Of a stretch of 64,000 nucleotides of DNA, positions 59,631 to 64,000 are shown one piece after another; position 1 is the first letter of the stretch, and each line of letters begins with the position of its first letter. Location of the stretch: assembly GCA_963668625.2 (NCBI GenBank), contig CAXXKA010000009.1:23462-87461 (forward strand), read 5' to 3'. Below the pieces are notes generated by a model. It made no database searches and was not told the DNA's origin. It worked only from the letters and a program-made list of their open reading frames with translations. The DNA comes from an uncultured candidate division Zixibacteria bacterium (GTDB lineage Bacteria; Zixibacteria; MSB-5A5; UBA10806; 4484-95). A program made the position numbers and the translations under genes.

Positions 59631-61839
59631 TCAGATAAATTTCCAGAATATCAAAATCACGGCGCCTAAGAATATCACCATCGCGTATGTCTGGAGTTGG
59701 CCGGTTTGCGTACGTCTGAGAACTTTGCCCAGCGACATTGAGAGCCAGCCTGCGCCGTTAACTGCACCATCTACAACGTAAATATCGAATATCTGCTTGG
59801 CTGTTGCCCACAGCAGAGTTAGTTTGCCGGCTCCGTTTACCGCGCCATCGATAACCAATTGATCGAACCTGAAAAGTTTCTCCATCAGATTGTAAATCGG
59901 GTTAACGAGGATAGCCATGTAAATCTCATCGAAGTAATATTTATTGAGCAGAAGCGTGTACAAGCCTTTGAAACGCGCGCCCATCGCCTCGTAAGATATC
60001 GAACGTTTGTAATACATAAGATAGGCCAGGCCGATACCGCAGCAAGCAACCAGGAACGATCCGATCATCAGGGGATAGTTTATCTCCACGTGATGAGGAT
60101 GGCCATAGAACACGTAATTGCCATAGTTAAACGAGGGTACCGGGTATTCCCCACCAGCCGGCGCCGACAGCCAACACTGCCAGGATCATAAGCGGCACGG
60201 TCATGCTATAGGGCGACTCGTGCGCGTGATCGTAAGCGTGTTGATCCCTGGGTTTGCCACTGAATGTCAGGAACCACAGCCTGAACATATAGAACGCGGT
60301 CATGAATGCGGCGAGAACGCCGATTAGCAGGAACCAGTAATGGCCGCCACCGAAAGCCACCGCGAATATCTCATCTTTCGACCAGAAACCCGAAAGCGGG
60401 AATATTCCCGAAATCGACAACGAGGCGATAAGGAAGGTAGTCGAGGTGATCGGCATCTTCTTATGTAAACCGCCCATATGTTGTATATCGTTGGTATGGA
60501 CGGCGTGAATTACCGAACCGGCGCCAAGGAACAACAGGGCTTTGAAAAATGCGTGTGTAAACAGATGGAAAGTACCGGCGGCATAACCACCAAGTCCGAG
60601 AGCCATCATCATGTAACCTAGCTGCGAAACCGTGGAGAACGCCAGCACGCGCTTGATATCGTTCTGCACGAGTCCTATCGAGGCCGCCATGATAGCGGTG
60701 ATCGCGCCGATAGTGGCCACAACCATAGACATCTCAGGAGATACGAGTATGATCCCCATCAATCGAGCGGTCAAATACACACCGGCGGCAACCATAGTAG
60801 CGGCGTGGATTAACGCCGAAACCGGTGTCGGACCCTCCATAGCATCGGGCAACCATACGTGGAACGGGAACTGCGCCGATTTACCACAGGCGCCGGCGAA
60901 CATCAATATTCCTGCGATACCGAGCATCCACAACATCTTCTTCGCTTCATCTTCACTGCGCTCGGGTTCATCATGAGTGGTAGCCGCCACGTGGGGTTCA
61001 TCTTGATGCTCATAGCTTTCGTCTGGTGTTGCGTGTTCTTGATGTGACCCCTCGGCCGTAATCCCCTCGTGATTTTCATCACCCTCCTCGTGGGATATAC
61101 CGTCAACGTGATGAACTTCGGCAGCCATCACCTCACCACTCGTTGCGTTATGTTCGCCGTGCCCGTCGTGGTCGTCGTAATGTTGATCATGCTGTTCTAT
61201 GAGACCAGCTTGCTGTTTTAAAACTTCTATTTTCTGATTCACCTCGGGCATGGTCGCGGTCCCGATAGTATAAATCATTAAAACCAATCCCAGTACGAAA
61301 CCGAGATCGGCGGCTTTTGTCGTGATAAACGCTTTTTTGCCGGCGTCCGCGGCAACTTTCTTTTCGAACCAGAAGCCGATTAACAGGTACGAGGTCAATC
61401 CCACGAGTTCCCAGAATACGAGCACCAGGACATAAGAGCCGGCCACCACCAAACCCAGCATCGAAAATGTAAACAGCGAGAGATATGCGAAGAATCTGGC
61501 GTACCTGGGATCTCCATGCATGTAGCCGCGCGAGTAAATATGCACCAGCGATGATACGATAGTCACCACCATGAGCATGACCACTGTCAGCGGATCGATA
61601 TATATACCCATCTGGACTTTAAAATCGCTCCATACAAGCCAGTCGATATAATACTGGTAAGGAACTGGATGGGAAATCATCTGAACGAAAGCGATTGCTG
61701 AACATGCTAATGATGTAAGCACCATGGCGATTGCGAAATAGCTGGAGATATTATTATTCCGGTTAAGGAAAAAGACTATCATGATAAACGAGAATAATGG
61801 AAACAGGGGTATTAGCCAGCTAAACTCTACCATCGACAT
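59631..61839 (-). CDS. nuoL: NADH-quinone oxidoreductase subunit L, split by a frameshift near 60130-60140 (ORFs 60127-61839 and 59631-60113)
   Basis: GKSAQFPFHVWLPDAMEGPTPVSALIHAATMV; the C-terminal NKYYFDE..VIDGAVNG..QTGQLQTY continues in the +1 frame. Confidence 0.9.
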
Positions 61840-61840
61840 C

Positions 61841-62155
61841 CTACCATTTCATGAAATTAATCTTATCTACCTCGATACCCTTGAAATTGCGGTAAATAAG
61901 CATCACAATTGCCAAACCAACCGCCGCCTCGGCCGCCGCGATGGAAATAATAAAAATCGTGAAGACCTGACCGGCCAGACCATCAGGGGCTATGAATTTT
62001 GTAAACGCCACGAAATTAATAGCGGCGGCGTTAAAAAGCAGCTCTATCGACATCAATATGGCAACCGCATTTCGACGAGTGAGGAGTCCGAATATCCCCA
62101 GGCCGAACAAAACGGCGCCAAGTATCAAGAAGTGAAGCAGAGTCGGTTCATTCAT
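61841..62155 (-). CDS. nuoK: NADH-quinone oxidoreductase subunit K
   Basis: RRN..MSIELLFNA, AAEAAVGLA. Confidence 0.95.
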   Translation of the reverse strand: MNEPTLLHFLILGAVLFGLGIFGLLTRRNAVAILMSIELLFNAAAINFVAFTKFIAPDGLAGQVFTIFIISIAAAEAAVGLAIVMLIYRNFKGIEVDKINFMKW

Positions 62156-62657
62156 CGGATGCCTCCTCCTGATCGGGTGCGCGCGAGATGACGATAGCTC
62201 CGATAAGAGCCACTAAAAGCACTATCGAAACCACCTCGAACGGCACTACATAAGTCGAGAGCAACTGCCTGCCAAGCTCGTAAATATTCTTATCGGGCAA
62301 TGAGCTATTCACGATCGGCCAGGCGGTTTTAATCATGGTGATAATAGAAAGTCCCATGAAAACCAGAACTATTAATATAGCCGGTACCTTTTGCTCGTTA
62401 GTTTGCCTGATAGCTTTATTAGTAAGCTGATAAGTCAGCATTATAGCGAATATCATTAATATCGTTACCGCGCCTATATATATGAGCACCTGCACACCTG
62501 CTAAGAACTCGGCCCCCAGAAGAACATAGATTCCGGCGATAGAGAACAGAGTCAGGACTAAAAACAGCGCGCAATGGAAAAGATTCTTCATGGTAACTAC
62601 CAACAAACCGGATACCGCCGTAATAAATGCTAAAAGATAAAACAAGGCTAAATTCAT
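62148..62657 (-). CDS. nuoJ: NADH-quinone oxidoreductase subunit J
   Basis: AEFL..QVLIYIGAV..F..ML, PFEVVS. Confidence 0.95.
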   Translation of the reverse strand: MNLALFYLLAFITAVSGLLVVTMKNLFHCALFLVLTLFSIAGIYVLLGAEFLAGVQVLIYIGAVTILMIFAIMLTYQLTNKAIRQTNEQKVPAILIVLVFMGLSIITMIKTAWPIVNSSLPDKNIYELGRQLLSTYVVPFEVVSIVLLVALIGAIVISRAPDQEEASDE

Positions 62658-63268
62658 GATTTATCCTCCGGCTTTTGATTGTCCTCGGGTTTGGCCGGTT
62701 TTGGTTCCGCCTCTGGTTTCGGTTCAACGGCAGTTTTGGTTTCAGACTCTGTGCCGGTCGCGGCTTCCGGTTTAGGAGCGGGTTTGGCAACTTTCTTAGC
62801 AACGCGTTTGCGTTTAGGAGTGTACTTTACATCCTTGCCAATCTCCTGAAGCTTATCCATATCGAACAACAGCGAATCTTTATCGGTAGTGGCGAATTCG
62901 TACAACGGCGCCACCTTGATAGCATCGAAATTGCACACTTCCTCGCATAAACCGCAATAGCAGCATATCAAATTATCGACCTCGAACTTGGTCGGTACCC
63001 GTTTTTTCGTCTCGGGATCTTTCTTGCGCCTGATCGTAATCGCTGCCACCGGGCAGGTTTTCGCGCAAAGCAGACAGGCGGTGCAATTGAGCTTGCCGGT
63101 TTCCTGATCGGAAAGCAAGACAACAATTCCGCGAAAGCGATCGAACATCTGCATCTTCTCTTTGGGGTACTGAAGAGTAACCGAGCGCCCGAAAAGATAT
63201 TTCAGCGTGGTTTTTAAACCGAGAAGCAGGTTATATATACCACTGAATAGTTTACCAAAGTAACCCAT
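62654..63268 (-). CDS. nuoI: NADH-quinone oxidoreductase subunit I
   Basis: TLQYP, RFRG, CTACLLCAKTCP, CCYCGLCEEVC; Pro/Lys/Glu-rich tail. Confidence 0.95.
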   Translation of the reverse strand: MGYFGKLFSGIYNLLLGLKTTLKYLFGRSVTLQYPKEKMQMFDRFRGIVVLLSDQETGKLNCTACLLCAKTCPVAAITIRRKKDPETKKRVPTKFEVDNLICCYCGLCEEVCNFDAIKVAPLYEFATTDKDSLLFDMDKLQEIGKDVKYTPKRKRVAKKVAKPAPKPEAATGTESETKTAVEPKPEAEPKPAKPEDNQKPEDKS

Positions 63269-63270
63269 AA

Positions 63271-64000
63271 TTAAAAGAGATATACTCCTAAGGCTGTTAA
63301 TATGATATTTACGAACGCCAGCGGTAATAACACCTTCCAGGCGAAATCCATCAAATGATCAACTCTGAGTCGGGGATATGTCCACTTGAACCACATGAAC
63401 ACGAACACCAGGAAGAACGACTTGCCCAGGAACCAGACCCACGAAGGAATGAAATCGAGCGCGGGAAGCGGCGGCTGCCAGCCACCCAAGAACAACGTGG
63501 TGGCGATAGCCGAGGCGGTGAACATGTTCAAAAACTCGGCTAAGAAGAACATGGCAAATTTCATACCGGAGTATTCGATATTGAAACCGGCCACTAACTC
63601 CTGCTCGGCCTCGGGTAAATCAAACGGTGTACGGTTTAGCTCGGCGGTGGCGGCTGAGATATAAATCAAAAATCCCAGAAATTGCGGCCAGATATACCAG
63701 TTCCAGATATAAGGTCCCTGGGCCTCGACGAAACCGTACATCGACATCGTCTCGGCCAGCATGATAACACCGATTAAAGACAAAGTCAGCGGAACCTCAT
63801 AAGAAACGATTTGAGCCGCCGAACGCATGCCACCCAACAGAGCATATTTATTGAACGATCCCCAACCCGCCATAAGCAAGCTGATAATCGTGAAACTCGT
63901 TACTGCCAGTATATATAAGATACCGATATTGAGATCGGCCGCGATCAAACCTTTGCCGAACGGGATGACAGCGTAAGCAGCCAAACAAACGGTAAAAACC
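63271..64000 (-). CDS. nuoH: NADH-quinone oxidoreductase subunit H, 5' end outside window
   Basis: RSAAQIVSYE, AELNRTPFDLPEAEQELVAG, PRLRVD. Confidence 0.95.
   Translation of the reverse strand, partial: VFTVCLAAYAVIPFGKGLIAADLNIGILYILAVTSFTIISLLMAGWGSFNKYALLGGMRSAAQIVSYEVPLTLSLIGVIMLAETMSMYGFVEAQGPYIWNWYIWPQFLGFLIYISAATAELNRTPFDLPEAEQELVAGFNIEYSGMKFAMFFLAEFLNMFTASAIATTLFLGGWQPPLPALDFIPSWVWFLGKSFFLVFVFMWFKWTYPRLRVDHLMDFAWKVLLPLAFVNIILTALGVYLF

Noticed and set aside
59631-60113. Independent 160-aa gene
   Set aside because: It is the NuoL C-terminal region, and the frame continues upstream of its GTG to the shift site.

Overview
Bacterial chromosomal window from a diderm, probably an FCB-group lineage (inferred from the fused lpxC-fabZ, the PorV-like protein and a T9SS-type C-terminal domain; taxonomy cannot be confirmed here). 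Layout: 1-13 kb, minus-strand housekeeping genes with an inositol-lipid cluster (ino1, CDP-alcohol phosphatidyltransferase, GDPD, Aur1/PAP2-like). 14.6-19.6 kb, a four-gene operon and the best novelty candidate: small secreted protein, NapH/MauN-type membrane Fe-S protein, probable outer-membrane beta-barrel, and a Tat-lipoprotein polyferredoxin with 20 Cys4 motifs in a symmetric 9+2+9 arrangement, possibly a heme-free Fe-S conduit across the envelope. 20.4-23.3 kb, a BlaI/BlaR1 pair with a palindromic operator. 23.3-31.4 kb, an accessory island dense in REP/REPIN-like repeats, with an Mrr fragment, FkbM, an intact IS4 (13-bp IRs, 9-bp TSD), a secreted repeat protein and a DUF4238 protein. 31.5-50.6 kb, a hutH-like lyase behind a ~315-nt structured leader, rlmD, DUF885, a degenerate SbcD-like/SbcC-like pair, an FG-GAP protein, yifB, lpxC-fabZ, hutI, lptE and a PorV-like gene. 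50.8-55 kb, an ion-homeostasis cluster. 55.3-64 kb, nuoH-N with a frameshifted nuoL carrying a His-rich insert, and a GT4 gene between nuoM and nuoN. No rRNA, tRNA or CRISPR array was seen. All calls come from reading motifs by eye; no database searches were run.
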